From Methanobacteriota archaeon (lineage in GTDB: Archaea > Thermoplasmatota > Thermoplasmata > RBG-16-68-12): a DNA stretch of 64,000 nt. The stretch is from assembly GCA_005878985.1 (NCBI GenBank), contig VBMA01000075.1, positions 12,120-76,119 of the forward strand, written 5' to 3'. The notes beneath the pieces were generated by a model. The model saw only the letters and a program-made list of their open reading frames with translations. It ran no database searches and was not told the origin of the DNA. Below are positions 38,440-47,311 of this stretch, piece by piece; the first letter of the stretch is position 1; each line of letters begins with the position of its first letter. A program made the translations under genes and the position numbers.

Positions 38440-39273
38440 TCAGTCCATTTGGATGCGGTACGTCTTCTCAGGCAAGTCGTGGTGGATGGACCACGCCTGC
38501 TCCGTGGTGAGAATTCCTTTCTCGAGCCACGCCCTCGTCTTCTTCGGCACCGTCGCGGGTCCGAGGACGGCGCCAGGCCGTAACGGGTCGTCGATGTAGT
38601 CCGTCTCGAGGAGGAACCGGGGTCCACCTTTCAAGGCTTCCACGACGAGTTCTTCCTTCGCCAGGATCGAGGGGACGAGTCCCGCGGTGTCCGCCAGTCG
38701 CGTGAACGGCGTCGAGTGATGCTTCACGACGTACTTGGGATCCAGCCCTGCCCGTCTGGCCATTGACGCGAACTCCGCGAACGTCGCGGGGGTAGGGTCC
38801 TCGGTGTGCAGGATGACCGCGCATTCGAGCTCTCTCGCCTGAGCCATCGCGTACGCGACGATGCCGTTGCACGCCCGTACGATGTCCGCGCCCACCGGAA
38901 AATGAGGTCGCCCGACTTCGCCGAAGGCGACGGCCTTCCCTTCGCGAATGTGCTTTGCGGCTAGGTCGATCGCTCGAGTCGTCGCGTCCACCGCAGCCGC
39001 GTCGCCGAGCGTCTCCCTCAGATGAATGAACTCGACCGGATACGGCCCGAGCGCGACAAACACCTTGAGGTGAGTGGCGGTGCGGACGGCGTCCGCCATC
39101 GAGAGCGTGAGTCCATACGCCGCTCGGTAGTCGTCAGCGCGGGTGATGGGCGCTTCGGGGTACGGGCTGTGCGTCAGCAAGATCGCCGTGCCGCCGGCCT
39201 TCTCGAACGCCTTCGCGGCCTCGACGCCTTTGAAGCTCGCACGCAGATGGATGTGGTTGTCGAAGACGGCCAC
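38440..39273 (-). CDS. TatD-family metal-dependent hydrolase
   Basis: FDNHIHL N-terminus and LLETD C-terminal motif. Confidence 0.55.
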   Translation of the reverse strand: MAVFDNHIHLRASFKGVEAAKAFEKAGGTAILLTHSPYPEAPITRADDYRAAYGLTLSMADAVRTATHLKVFVALGPYPVEFIHLRETLGDAAAVDATTRAIDLAAKHIREGKAVAFGEVGRPHFPVGADIVRACNGIVAYAMAQARELECAVILHTEDPTPATFAEFASMARRAGLDPKYVVKHHSTPFTRLADTAGLVPSILAKEELVVEALKGGPRFLLETDYIDDPLRPGAVLGPATVPKKTRAWLEKGILTTEQAWSIHHDLPEKTYRIQMD

Positions 39274-39297
39274 GCATCGCCAAACGAGGACGGTCTC

Positions 39298-39762
39298 TTA
39301 GGCTTTCCCGGTTGCCATGCGACTCTCGGTCGAAACGGCGACGCGTTCTCGAAGCGCGCGGTTCATCTCCTCGAAGCCGCGGCGGGCGTCGCGATTCAGG
39401 CTCCGGGCGAGCAGCGGGACGAACAGACCCCGGAAGCGTTCCCGTTGAACGAACCGGGAACGCATCGGCCCGAGCGCCTCAATCTGAAAGATGTGCTCGC
39501 CGTCGAAGAGGCGAGGGAGGCCGACCCGGCCGAGCCAGCGCAGCTCGCGATTCGGGACGACGGCCTTCACGGTGGGTCGAAATCGCATTGGGCGCGTACC
39601 CGACGCCCCGAGGAGCACATCGAGTCGGGAACCGACCAGCGCCTGGCCGCGAATCGATCGGATGAACGGGTTCCAATCCGAAAACCTCTCGAAATCGAGG
39701 AGGACGGCCCACACGCGTTCGGCGGGCGCGTCGATTTCGATTTCGGTCCGAAGTTCTAACAT
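39298..39762 (-). CDS. SRPBCC (Bet v1-like/cyclase-dehydrase) family protein
   Basis: IEIDAPAERVWAVLLDFERFSDWNPF is an SRPBCC signature. Confidence 0.55.
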   Translation of the reverse strand: MLELRTEIEIDAPAERVWAVLLDFERFSDWNPFIRSIRGQALVGSRLDVLLGASGTRPMRFRPTVKAVVPNRELRWLGRVGLPRLFDGEHIFQIEALGPMRSRFVQRERFRGLFVPLLARSLNRDARRGFEEMNRALRERVAVSTESRMATGKA

Positions 39763-39765
39763 CGT

Positions 39766-40320
39766 CTAGCGGAGCAAGCCAGCGGCTTTCAGCTCCTGCG
39801 TGATCTTCTCGACCGCCTCCTCGACGTCGGAAGGCTTGCGCGCCCCGGTGCAGACGAGCTTGCCGCTGCCGAACAGGAGGACGACGACTTTCGGTACGTC
39901 GATGCGGTACACGAGACCGGGGAATTGCTCCGGCTCGTACTCCACCTTCTCGAGGCCGAGCGAGATCGCGATTGCGTTCAGGTTGATTTCTGTCCCCAGG
40001 TCCGACGAGGCGACAATGTTCTGGACCTCGATTACTGGATTCTTCTTGATCGGGATGCCTGCGGCCTCGATCTGCTTCGCGACCATGTCGATCGCGGTCT
40101 TGACGTGCTCGAGGCTCTTCGCTCCCGTGCAGACGACCTTCCCGCTCCGGAACAGGAGCGTCGCGGTCTTCGGCTCCTTCAATCGGTAGATGAGTCCGGG
40201 GAATTGCTCCGGCTCGTATTCGGCCCCGCCGAGGGCGAGGGCGATCGCCTGGAGGTCGAGTTCCTCCCCGAGGGAGGTCGAGGCGACGACGTTCTCAATC
40301 TTGATTTTGGCCAAAGTCAC
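39766..40320 (-). CDS. tbp: TATA-box binding protein
   Basis: Two direct repeats with [22 protein letters not shown]-type motifs; GTG start. Confidence 0.9.
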   Translation of the reverse strand: MTLAKIKIENVVASTSLGEELDLQAIALALGGAEYEPEQFPGLIYRLKEPKTATLLFRSGKVVCTGAKSLEHVKTAIDMVAKQIEAAGIPIKKNPVIEVQNIVASSDLGTEINLNAIAISLGLEKVEYEPEQFPGLVYRIDVPKVVVLLFGSGKLVCTGARKPSDVEEAVEKITQELKAAGLLR

Positions 40321-40387
40321 ACCACCGTGTCGTTGCCATCTGGAGGCGCCGCAGCGGGTTTGGTACGGAGGGGAGTTAAATAGTGGT

Positions 40388-41350
40388 TTATAAGCTTTGA
40401 TGGCGAACGTTCGGGCCCGAAGCTTCGTGGTGGGCCGCTTCCCTCGCTCGCACGAGCGCGTACAGAGCTGCGTTCATAGGGACGAGAATCCGATCACGTT
40501 CTGCGGCCCGCACAATCGATCCGGTGATTGCGTCAATTTCCGTTCGATGGTGTCGGTCAAGATCCTGAAGCATGCTCGCCCGGTTCGAAGCGGTCCGCTT
40601 CGCGACGAGGAGCGTGCGGTGTCGCAACTCTTCATAATCGACGCGCGCCCCTTCGGCCTTCGCAACCTCGGTCGCCTCGCGGCACACCATCTCGACGAGG
40701 GCGAGAAGATGCTTGTCACGTACGATTCGTCCGTTCGCGAGTTCTGCGAGGGCTGCGATCGGGTTGATGGACGCGTTCACGACGAGCTTGGACCACAGCT
40801 CCGTTCGGATGTCGCTCGTGACACTCGCGACGATTCCCACGTCCGCAAGAAGATCCCGCAACCGGACGAGATCCGATTCACGCACTCCACCCCACGCACC
40901 GAGCACCGTTTCGCCAACGCCCGCATGACGGATCTCCCCGGGGCCGACGAACGTGACTCCGTGCGCCGTGGTTCCCGCGACGACGCGCCGCGCGGTCTTC
41001 GCAATTGTCTCCGCGTTCCCGAGGCCATTTTGAAGGGTGACGAAGATCGCTCGGTCGGCGAAACGACGTAACCCGAGCATCGCATTGGCGGTATCGTACG
41101 ACTTGGTTGTGATGAACACGAAATCCGGTCTCGCCTTCTGCGGCACACGGGTTGCCGCGTGAGGTTTCGCAATAATCGCCGTCTTTCCGCGAACGCGGAG
41201 GCCGTGGGATTTGATCGTCGAGATGTGCTCTGCCCTCCCGATAAGCGTCACATCGTGACGTTGAGAGAGAAGAGCCCCAAAGAAACTTCCGATCGCGCCG
41301 GCGCCGAAGACCAGAACTTCCACAATTTCTGTGATGCGGGCGCACTCCAA
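40388..41350 (-). CDS. panE: 2-dehydropantoate 2-reductase
   Basis: N-terminal Rossmann [14 protein letters not shown]; ApbA/PanE family; TTG start. Confidence 0.7.
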   Translation of the reverse strand: MECARITEIVEVLVFGAGAIGSFFGALLSQRHDVTLIGRAEHISTIKSHGLRVRGKTAIIAKPHAATRVPQKARPDFVFITTKSYDTANAMLGLRRFADRAIFVTLQNGLGNAETIAKTARRVVAGTTAHGVTFVGPGEIRHAGVGETVLGAWGGVRESDLVRLRDLLADVGIVASVTSDIRTELWSKLVVNASINPIAALAELANGRIVRDKHLLALVEMVCREATEVAKAEGARVDYEELRHRTLLVAKRTASNRASMLQDLDRHHRTEIDAITGSIVRAAERDRILVPMNAALYALVRAREAAHHEASGPNVRHQSL

Positions 41351-41383
41351 AACGGTTTCGATGTGCGTTTCGCATCTTCCCGT

Positions 41384-41395
41384 TTTTATATAAAT
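41384..41395 (-). promoter_or_regulatory. TATA box (TTTTATATAAAT), probable panE promoter
   Basis: AT-rich hexamer ~35-45 nt upstream of the panE TTG start, in an otherwise 65% GC genome. Confidence 0.35.
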
Positions 41396-41427
41396 CGCAA
41401 AATGGACGATTTTTTGTCGCTTCGCTA

Positions 41428-41436
41428 CTTTTAAGA
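41428..41436 (+). promoter_or_regulatory. TATA-like box (CTTTTAAGA) upstream of the micro-ORF
   Basis: Positioned ~25 nt before the GGGAGG/GTG unit. Confidence 0.3.
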
Positions 41437-41472
41437 CCCCTTTTGTCTATACAGAAAATAGGGAGGAAAGAA

Positions 41473-41511
41473 GTGGCCAAGAAAAAGAAGGGCAAGAAAA
41501 AGAAGAGATAG
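41473..41511 (+). other. 12-codon poly-lysine micro-ORF (VAKKKKGKKKKR) with its own Shine-Dalgarno and TATA box; could extend to 22 aa from TTG 41443
   Basis: GGGAGG sits 6 nt upstream of GTG; CTTTTAAGA TATA-like box ~40 nt upstream. Lies between panE and the ATL-EndoV gene. Confidence 0.25.
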
Positions 41512-41555
41512 GCGCTTGCCCGGCCAGCCCTCGCGATGAAATGTCGCTCGGCGAC

Positions 41556-42548
41556 TCACCGCGTCGCACCCTTTTCCCGTTTTTCATTCCTCTTATTCCT
41601 TTTCATCTCGCGGCCAATTCGATCGGCGAGCCTCAGCGGTTCCGGATACCCACGAAGAGTGGAACCTCGGACGACTTCGAGTGCGCGCCCGAGCGAGATG
41701 CGGTGACCGATGGAGACGTAGATGGGACGTTCGCGGCCCGGCGGAGTCCATGCATATCCGCGGACCTGACCGCGGAACTCGACCGGGGACGTTCTCGAGG
41801 GCGATCGGGTTCCCGGTCTCACCCGACCGACGAGCGGATGCTTCGCCACACCGATCGTCGGGATATTGAGTCGGACGCCGACATAACACGCGACGCCGAA
41901 GAGCGCCGGATGCAGACGGCCGTGGCCGTCGATCAAGAGGACGTCCGGTGGCCGCTTCAGGCGACGAATCGCCGCTTCAATCCCGGGAAATTCGCGATAC
42001 GCCAAATACGTCGGGATGTAGGGGAACTCAGCCTGACGTTTCACGGCGGTGATTTCGGTGAGCGCGAGGTCCTTCGCGTCGAGGGAGACCGCAACGATGC
42101 GCATCGCGTTTCCGTCGTAGCCGGCATCAACGCCGGCAACACGTTCGACCTGCAGTCCGCCGTCTCGTTCGATCACTCGGTCGCCCAACTTCCATTGTTC
42201 CTCGCGGAGTGTCGTGAGGAATCCGGTGGGCTCCAAGACATTCAAGATTCGATCGGCGGAGACGCGGCCTCGGAACAGGCGGGTGCCCTCCCGCGAGAAT
42301 TCCCGCGATGCGGACATGAGGACCGGTCGGCCGTCGGCGCGGACGACCCGGTGTCCTCCCAGCGTCTCCGGACGGGTCGCGATCCACGTGGCCACGGCTC
42401 GGGACGCCCGGATATCGCCCAATGCCCGGGCGATTGCTCCACACGTCGTGACCCGGCCGGGCCCGACTTGATCGAGGCACCGCTGCAGAGCCTTCGAGAA
42501 GTCGAGGTCCACGAACGCGCATCGGCTCGGACCGCAATACCCTTTCAC
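41556..42548 (-). CDS. nfi: alkyltransferase-like (ATL/AGT DNA-binding) domain fused to endonuclease V
   Basis: The C-terminal two thirds are EndoV (VAGVDAGYDG...EFPYIPTYLAYRE...LLIDGHGRLHP). The N-terminal ~90 aa resemble the MGMT/Atl helix-turn-helix, but the active-site PCHRV is replaced by GGHRVV. Confidence 0.7.
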   Translation of the reverse strand: MKGYCGPSRCAFVDLDFSKALQRCLDQVGPGRVTTCGAIARALGDIRASRAVATWIATRPETLGGHRVVRADGRPVLMSASREFSREGTRLFRGRVSADRILNVLEPTGFLTTLREEQWKLGDRVIERDGGLQVERVAGVDAGYDGNAMRIVAVSLDAKDLALTEITAVKRQAEFPYIPTYLAYREFPGIEAAIRRLKRPPDVLLIDGHGRLHPALFGVACYVGVRLNIPTIGVAKHPLVGRVRPGTRSPSRTSPVEFRGQVRGYAWTPPGRERPIYVSIGHRISLGRALEVVRGSTLRGYPEPLRLADRIGREMKRNKRNEKREKGATR

Positions 42549-42643
42549 ATCGCGAGATTCGCGAGAGCCGCCTCGTTCGCGTCTTCGGCCGATCGGAGAG
42601 CCACGAAAACCCTTTCTACGGCCCGCCCCATCGACGGCTCCCG

Positions 42644-43930
42644 ATGTCCCTTCTTCTCCGCGGTGGACTCGTCGTCACGCAGGACGAGAAACGTCGCGTG
42701 GTGAGTGGTGACGTCCTCCTGGACGACGAGCGGATTGTCGCGGTCGGCGACATCGATCGGTCTGCGGAGAACGTCATCGATTGCTCCGGTTGCGCGGTCC
42801 TTCCCGGTTTCATCAATCTCCACCAACATGTCGCAAACACGCTCCTTCGCGGTGTCGCCGACGATGTCCCGCTCGAAGAGATGCTTCCGAAGGCCTCGGC
42901 GATCGACGCGAAGCTGACGCGACGGGACGTGCAAATCGGCGCGCTCCTCGGATGCGTGGAGATGATCCGGTCCGGGACGACGAGCTTCCACGACCTGTTC
43001 TACTGGGAGGACGAGGTCGCACGGGCCGTGCGCGAATCGGGGATGCGCGGATTTCTGTCATGGGTCACGCTCGACGAGGCGTTCACGACGCAGCACGGGA
43101 GTCCTCTGAAGAACGCCGATGCATTCGTCGCGAAGCAGAAGGACGATCCGCTCGTTACCCCATCCGTCGGCGTCCAGGGGGTCTACGTCGCTTCGGAGGA
43201 AACCTACGCGAAGGCGAAGGAGATCGCCGATCGCCGCGACGTCCGGCTCCACACCCACCTGTCGGAGACGCGCGGCGAGGTCGAGGCCCACCGCAAAAAG
43301 ACCGGCCTCCGACCCGTGGAGTGGCTCGAGAAAATCGGATTCCTCGGAGAACGCGTCACCGCGGCGCACTGCACCTGGATCACGATGAACGAGGTGCGGG
43401 CCCTCGCCCGATGCGGCGTGAGCGTCGCCCACTGCCCCGTCTCCAACATGAAACTCGCGAGCGGCGGCGTCGCCCCGGTGCCGGAGATGCTCGAGGCCGG
43501 CGTCATCGTGGGCCTCGGGACCGACTCGCCGATCTCGAACAACGGCATGGACGTCTTTGCGGACATGAAGATTGCCGCGCTCCTGCACAAGTCAACGCGG
43601 TGGGACGCCCGGATCATGCCGGCGCAGACCGTCCTCGACCTCGCGACGATCCACGCGGCCCGCGCGTTACACGTCGAGCGGGAAATCGGTTCGATCGAGG
43701 TCGGGAAGCGCGCCGACCTCGCGGTCGTCTCGCTGAAAGGCGCCCACACAACTCCTTTTTATCCGGAGAGCGTCATCCGGCACCTCGTCTACAGCGGCCG
43801 GGGGAGCGATGTGCAGGCGACGATTGTCGATGGCAAGGTCCTCATGGCGGGCGGCGTCGTGCGAACCGTCGACGAGTCGGACGTCATCGCTCGAGCGCAA
43901 GAGACGGCTCGCGAGCTTTTCGAGGCGTGA
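42644..43930 (+). CDS. amidohydrolase, MtaD/SAH-deaminase-like
   Basis: Metal-binding HQH near the N-terminus, HTHLSET, and amidohydrolase superfamily features. Confidence 0.6.
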   Translation: MSLLLRGGLVVTQDEKRRVVSGDVLLDDERIVAVGDIDRSAENVIDCSGCAVLPGFINLHQHVANTLLRGVADDVPLEEMLPKASAIDAKLTRRDVQIGALLGCVEMIRSGTTSFHDLFYWEDEVARAVRESGMRGFLSWVTLDEAFTTQHGSPLKNADAFVAKQKDDPLVTPSVGVQGVYVASEETYAKAKEIADRRDVRLHTHLSETRGEVEAHRKKTGLRPVEWLEKIGFLGERVTAAHCTWITMNEVRALARCGVSVAHCPVSNMKLASGGVAPVPEMLEAGVIVGLGTDSPISNNGMDVFADMKIAALLHKSTRWDARIMPAQTVLDLATIHAARALHVEREIGSIEVGKRADLAVVSLKGAHTTPFYPESVIRHLVYSGRGSDVQATIVDGKVLMAGGVVRTVDESDVIARAQETARELFEA

Positions 43931-43933
43931 GCC

Positions 43934-44587
43934 GTGATCCTCGGCGTCGACGAAGCGGGGAGAGGCCCCGTCCTCGGTCCGCTCGTCGTAGCGGGCGTCG
44001 CGGTCGAGTCCGACGTCGCATTGAGGCACCTGAACGTCCGGGACTCGAAGAAACTCTCCCCGGAGAAGCGGGAGGCGCTAGCGCCCGAGATCGAGAAGTG
44101 TGCGACGTGGGACCTCCTCGTGATTCCCGCCGAAGAGATCGACATGATGCGCGCGGAGATGTCCCTGAACGACTTTGAGGCGAAGCTCTTCGCGCAGCTG
44201 ATCGAGCGGTTGCATCCGGAGACCGCCTACGTCGACGCGGCCGATGTGGACGAGATTGAGTTCAAACGCTGTGTCCAACGCGAGCTGCGTTTCGCCGTCG
44301 AGGTCGTCTCCCAGCACAACGCCGACGAGCTCTTCCCGGTCGTCAGCGCGGCGTCGATCTTGGCGAAAGTCCGCCGCGACCGCGAGATGCGCGTGATCGA
44401 GGAAGAGATCGGCGACACGATCGGCTCCGGCTACTCGTCCGATCCGGACACGATCGCGTTCCTGGAGAAGTGGATCAAGAAAAAAGGGACCCTGCCGCCG
44501 CACACACGGGCCTCCTGGGACACCGCGCGGCGGTTGCTCGCGGAGTCCCGGATCCGCAAGCTCGACGAATTTGGCGGTCGTTCGTGA
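43934..44587 (+). CDS. rnhB: ribonuclease HII
   Basis: MILGVDEAGRGPVLGPLVVAGV...DSKKL is the RNase HII active site. Confidence 0.85.
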   Translation: MILGVDEAGRGPVLGPLVVAGVAVESDVALRHLNVRDSKKLSPEKREALAPEIEKCATWDLLVIPAEEIDMMRAEMSLNDFEAKLFAQLIERLHPETAYVDAADVDEIEFKRCVQRELRFAVEVVSQHNADELFPVVSAASILAKVRRDREMRVIEEEIGDTIGSGYSSDPDTIAFLEKWIKKKGTLPPHTRASWDTARRLLAESRIRKLDEFGGRS

Positions 44588-44916
44588 TGCGGGAGATGCT
44601 CGAGGACCTGATTCGCAAGTTCAATGCGAAGGTCGCCTCCGACCCGGCGCTCCGCGGGGAGCTCGCGGGTCTCCAGAAGACGGTCCTGATCGAACTGAAG
44701 GACGGCACGAAATATCACTTCACGCTCGCGGACCAGAAGGTCGCGGGCCTCCTCGACGGCGGCGTCGACCCCGCAGACATCACGATCTCGACCGATGCGG
44801 ACACGTTGCGCGGGCTCATCCTCCGCGAGATCGGTCCGTTCAAGGCGTACGCGACGGGGAAAATCAAACTGAAAGGAAGTCTCGAGGATCTCGCCCGCTT
44901 CCGGAAATTCTTCTGA
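44587..44916 (+). CDS. SCP2 sterol-carrier-like domain protein
   Basis: ~110-aa SCP2-fold pattern (...AYATGKIKLKGSLEDL). The start overlaps the rnhB stop. Confidence 0.5.
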   Translation: MREMLEDLIRKFNAKVASDPALRGELAGLQKTVLIELKDGTKYHFTLADQKVAGLLDGGVDPADITISTDADTLRGLILREIGPFKAYATGKIKLKGSLEDLARFRKFF

Positions 44917-44994
44917 GCGGTCGCGCGATAGGTTTATCCGACACGTTCCAATGCGGACGGACGACCGCCGGCGCGCCGTGGCTCGATGTGCTGT

Positions 44995-45130
44995 AGCGGG
45001 GTGGGGTAGCCAGGATATCCCGTCGGGCTCATACCCCGGGACTCCCAGGTCCCCGGTGAGACACCCGGAGATCGATGGTTCAAAAGGGCCGTGAGGACGA
45101 CCTCAGGCCCGGAAAGTCCATCCCCCGCTA
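44995..45130 (+). tRNA. initiator-type tRNA-Met (CAU) carrying two putative introns (~29 nt at 37/38 and ~32 nt within the T-loop)
   Basis: Manual fold: acceptor AGCGGGG/CCCCGCU (A1:U72), anticodon stem UCGGG/CCCGG with three G:C pairs, loop CUCAUA[intron]A, variable loop AGAUC, T-stem GAUGG/CCAUC, T-loop UUCAAA[intron]U. Confidence 0.65.
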
Positions 45131-45200
45131 TCGAGTTCCGACGTCGACGGCGGTCCTCGTCTCGGGCGATCGCGGTGTTCCCGCCGGTTCTGGAAAAGTC

Positions 45201-45216
45201 AACCTTGTTTAAGGTT
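45201..45216. repeat. perfect inverted repeat AACCTT-GTTT-AAGGTT upstream of the KaiC-like genes
   Basis: 6-bp arms with a 4-nt spacer; embeds a TTTAAGG TATA-like core. Confidence 0.3.
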
Positions 45217-45270
45217 AACATCGGCCTTCTCCGGGGACCCAGTCTTATGGCCTGATTCTCAGGACGGAGC

Positions 45271-45278
45271 TTTTATGC
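45271..45278 (+). promoter_or_regulatory. TATA box (TTTTATGC) for the KaiC-like/ftsZ gene set
   Basis: ~40 nt upstream of ATG 45318; consistent with a leaderless transcript. Confidence 0.35.
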
Positions 45279-45317
45279 ATCATGGGCCGGGTGGTCCGCG
45301 CGCTCGGCAGGCTTTCA

Positions 45318-46403
45318 ATGGATCGCGTCAAGACGGGCGTCGCGGGTCTCGACACGATGCTGAACGGCGGCCTGCTGCCCGCGCGACCCTACGTCGTGTC
45401 AGGCCCGACCGGCAGCGGCAAGACGATTCTGGCTGTCCAGTTCCTCCTCGACGGGCTCCGCCAGCAGGAACCGTGCCTGCTCGTCACCCTCGACGAGCCC
45501 CCGATCGAGGTCAAGGCGAACATGGCCACGTTCACGTGGAACCTGGACCGCCTCAAGATCCTCGATGCGACTCCGGACATCCGGGCGCACAAACGCCAAC
45601 GATCCGTGATCGACGTCGGGACATCCCTCGACGTACGGGACATGGAAGACGTCACGGAGATCCGGCAGTCGTCCCAGATCCGGGCGCTCGAGGTCACGGT
45701 GCACAGCGTGCAGAAGATGATCAAACAAGAATTCTCCCATCATCTCGAGCGCACGAAGCAACGGTACAAGCGCGTCGTCATCGACTCGATGACCGCCCTC
45801 AAGATGTTCGCCATGCAGGGCCAGGACAGTCGGATCCTGATCCAGTCGTTCGTCCGGTTCCTCGCGGAACTCGAGGCGACGACCCTCATCATCTCGGAAC
45901 GGTTGAACAAGAAGATCCTCGAGACCGAGTTCTTCCTCGCCCGCGGCGAGATTCGGCTGAACAAGTGGATCGACGGAAGCGTCATTCGCCGCGCGATCTC
46001 GATCGAGAAGTTCCGCGGCTCGTCGTTCGACGATCGGATGCACCCCATTTCGATCGGGGACAACGGGATGGTCGTCTACCTCGATGCGCCGGCGCAGACG
46101 CGGGTGTCGACCCCGGCCCCGAAGCCCGGAGAATCGCTCCTCGAGACCCGACTGATCGATGAGGTTTCGAACGTGATCGAGTCGATCATGCGCCAGATTG
46201 AGGACGCTCACCGCCGCCAGGTCCCGATCCGGGACATCGAGGTGTCATTGTCTCGTGCGATGCTCGCGTTTCAACGCCGAAACTATCAAAAAGCGATAAA
46301 GCTCGCGCTCGCGTGCGACTCGGAGCTCAAAGAGCGTCTCGGGAAGGCTCCGCTCCCGCCCCCGATCTCGACGCCGCCACGGCCGCCGCAGGTGATTCGC
46401 TGA
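45318..46403 (+). CDS. KaiC-like RecA-superfamily ATPase (single KaiC domain)
   Basis: Walker A GPTGSGKT and Walker B VVIDSMTAL; KaiC/RAD55-like. Leaderless start inferred from a TATA box at ~45271; the track ORF begins at 45282. Confidence 0.65.
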   Translation: MDRVKTGVAGLDTMLNGGLLPARPYVVSGPTGSGKTILAVQFLLDGLRQQEPCLLVTLDEPPIEVKANMATFTWNLDRLKILDATPDIRAHKRQRSVIDVGTSLDVRDMEDVTEIRQSSQIRALEVTVHSVQKMIKQEFSHHLERTKQRYKRVVIDSMTALKMFAMQGQDSRILIQSFVRFLAELEATTLIISERLNKKILETEFFLARGEIRLNKWIDGSVIRRAISIEKFRGSSFDDRMHPISIGDNGMVVYLDAPAQTRVSTPAPKPGESLLETRLIDEVSNVIESIMRQIEDAHRRQVPIRDIEVSLSRAMLAFQRRNYQKAIKLALACDSELKERLGKAPLPPPISTPPRPPQVIR

Positions 46404-47182
46404 CGGCCGCGGCCAAGATCGGGACCGGCATCCCGGGTCTTGATAAGATGCTCCACGGCGGCTTCGTCCCCGGGCGGCCGTACATCGTCTCGGGCCCGCC
46501 GGGCGCGGGAAAGACGATCCTCGCGATGCAATTCCTGCGGGAAGGCCTGGAGGGCGGCGAGCGATGCCTGTTTGTCGCCTTGGAGGAGCCTCCGAACGAA
46601 CTGAAGATCAACATGCGCGGCTTCCGCTGGAACCTGGACGACCTTGACGTCCTCGACGCGAACTCGGACATCCGGCGCTTCGAGCCCACGCCGATCCTGG
46701 AGATCTCTACGGAGGAAGAGCCCGCGAAGATGCGTGCAATCGGCGAGCGCATCCGCAAGACCCCGGACTTCGAGAGCAAGGAAGTGAGCGTCCACTCGCT
46801 CCAGCAACTCCTGAAGAACCTGTTCCTGAAGCGGAACTACGAGCGCGTCGTGGTCGATTCGATGACGGCCCTGCGGTATTTCTGCATGCGCGAGTTCGAG
46901 GAGACCGTGACGACGCAATCGTTCATGCGCTACCTCGCGGAATCGAAGGTGACCTCGCTCCTGACCCTCGAACTCCCGGAGGAGGGCGAAGTCCCGCCCG
47001 AAGCGTTCCTCGCGCGCGGGGAGATCCGTCTCCACAAGCTCCGGGATGAGACCGGGATCAAGCGATTCCTCTCCGTCGAGAAGTACAAAGGCTCGTCCCA
47101 CGACGAGAACGTGTATCCGTTCGATATCACGAACGCCGGGATCGTCATCAACATGGCCCCGATGCTGGCGGTCGCCCACTGA
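46313..47182 (+). CDS. KaiC-like RecA-superfamily ATPase, second copy
   Basis: Walker A GPPGAGKT and Walker B VVVDSMTAL. The 5' end overlaps the 3' end of the first KaiC-like gene; the start is uncertain (GTG 46313 is the longest). Confidence 0.6.
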   Translation: MRLGAQRASREGSAPAPDLDAATAAAGDSLTAAAKIGTGIPGLDKMLHGGFVPGRPYIVSGPPGAGKTILAMQFLREGLEGGERCLFVALEEPPNELKINMRGFRWNLDDLDVLDANSDIRRFEPTPILEISTEEEPAKMRAIGERIRKTPDFESKEVSVHSLQQLLKNLFLKRNYERVVVDSMTALRYFCMREFEETVTTQSFMRYLAESKVTSLLTLELPEEGEVPPEAFLARGEIRLHKLRDETGIKRFLSVEKYKGSSHDENVYPFDITNAGIVINMAPMLAVAH

Positions 47183-47250
47183 GGCCTCGTTTTCGTGGCA
47201 GCCCGGCGGCGGATGTCAACCCGGCGTTTGTCTGACAGATGTATGACTAC

Positions 47251-47259
47251 TTTTAAATA
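47251..47259 (+). promoter_or_regulatory. TATA box (TTTTAAATA) upstream of ftsZ
   Basis: AT-rich box in the KaiC2-ftsZ spacer. Confidence 0.4.
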
Positions 47260-47311
47260 GGGTAAGATGGATTCGTCCGGCCGTCAGTCTCCATCGGGAT
47301 GGGATGGCACA

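Noticed and set aside
41402-41434. A 10-aa ORF MDDFLSLRYF just upstream of the micro-ORF
   Set aside because: It has no Shine-Dalgarno sequence and overlaps the proposed TATA box. It is more likely promoter DNA than a gene.
44925-44940. GGTTTATCC as the promoter TATA box for tRNA-iMet
   Set aside because: It is ~57-64 nt upstream of the mature 5' end, too far for a typical archaeal tRNA promoter without a leader, so it is left unannotated.
45034-45073. An alternative fold of the tRNA-Met with an unspliced 34-nt variable region and no anticodon-loop intron
   Set aside because: It gives a variable arm of impossible length for tRNA-Met. The two-intron model restores canonical A37/A38, a 5-nt variable loop AGAUC and the three G:C pairs of the anticodon stem.
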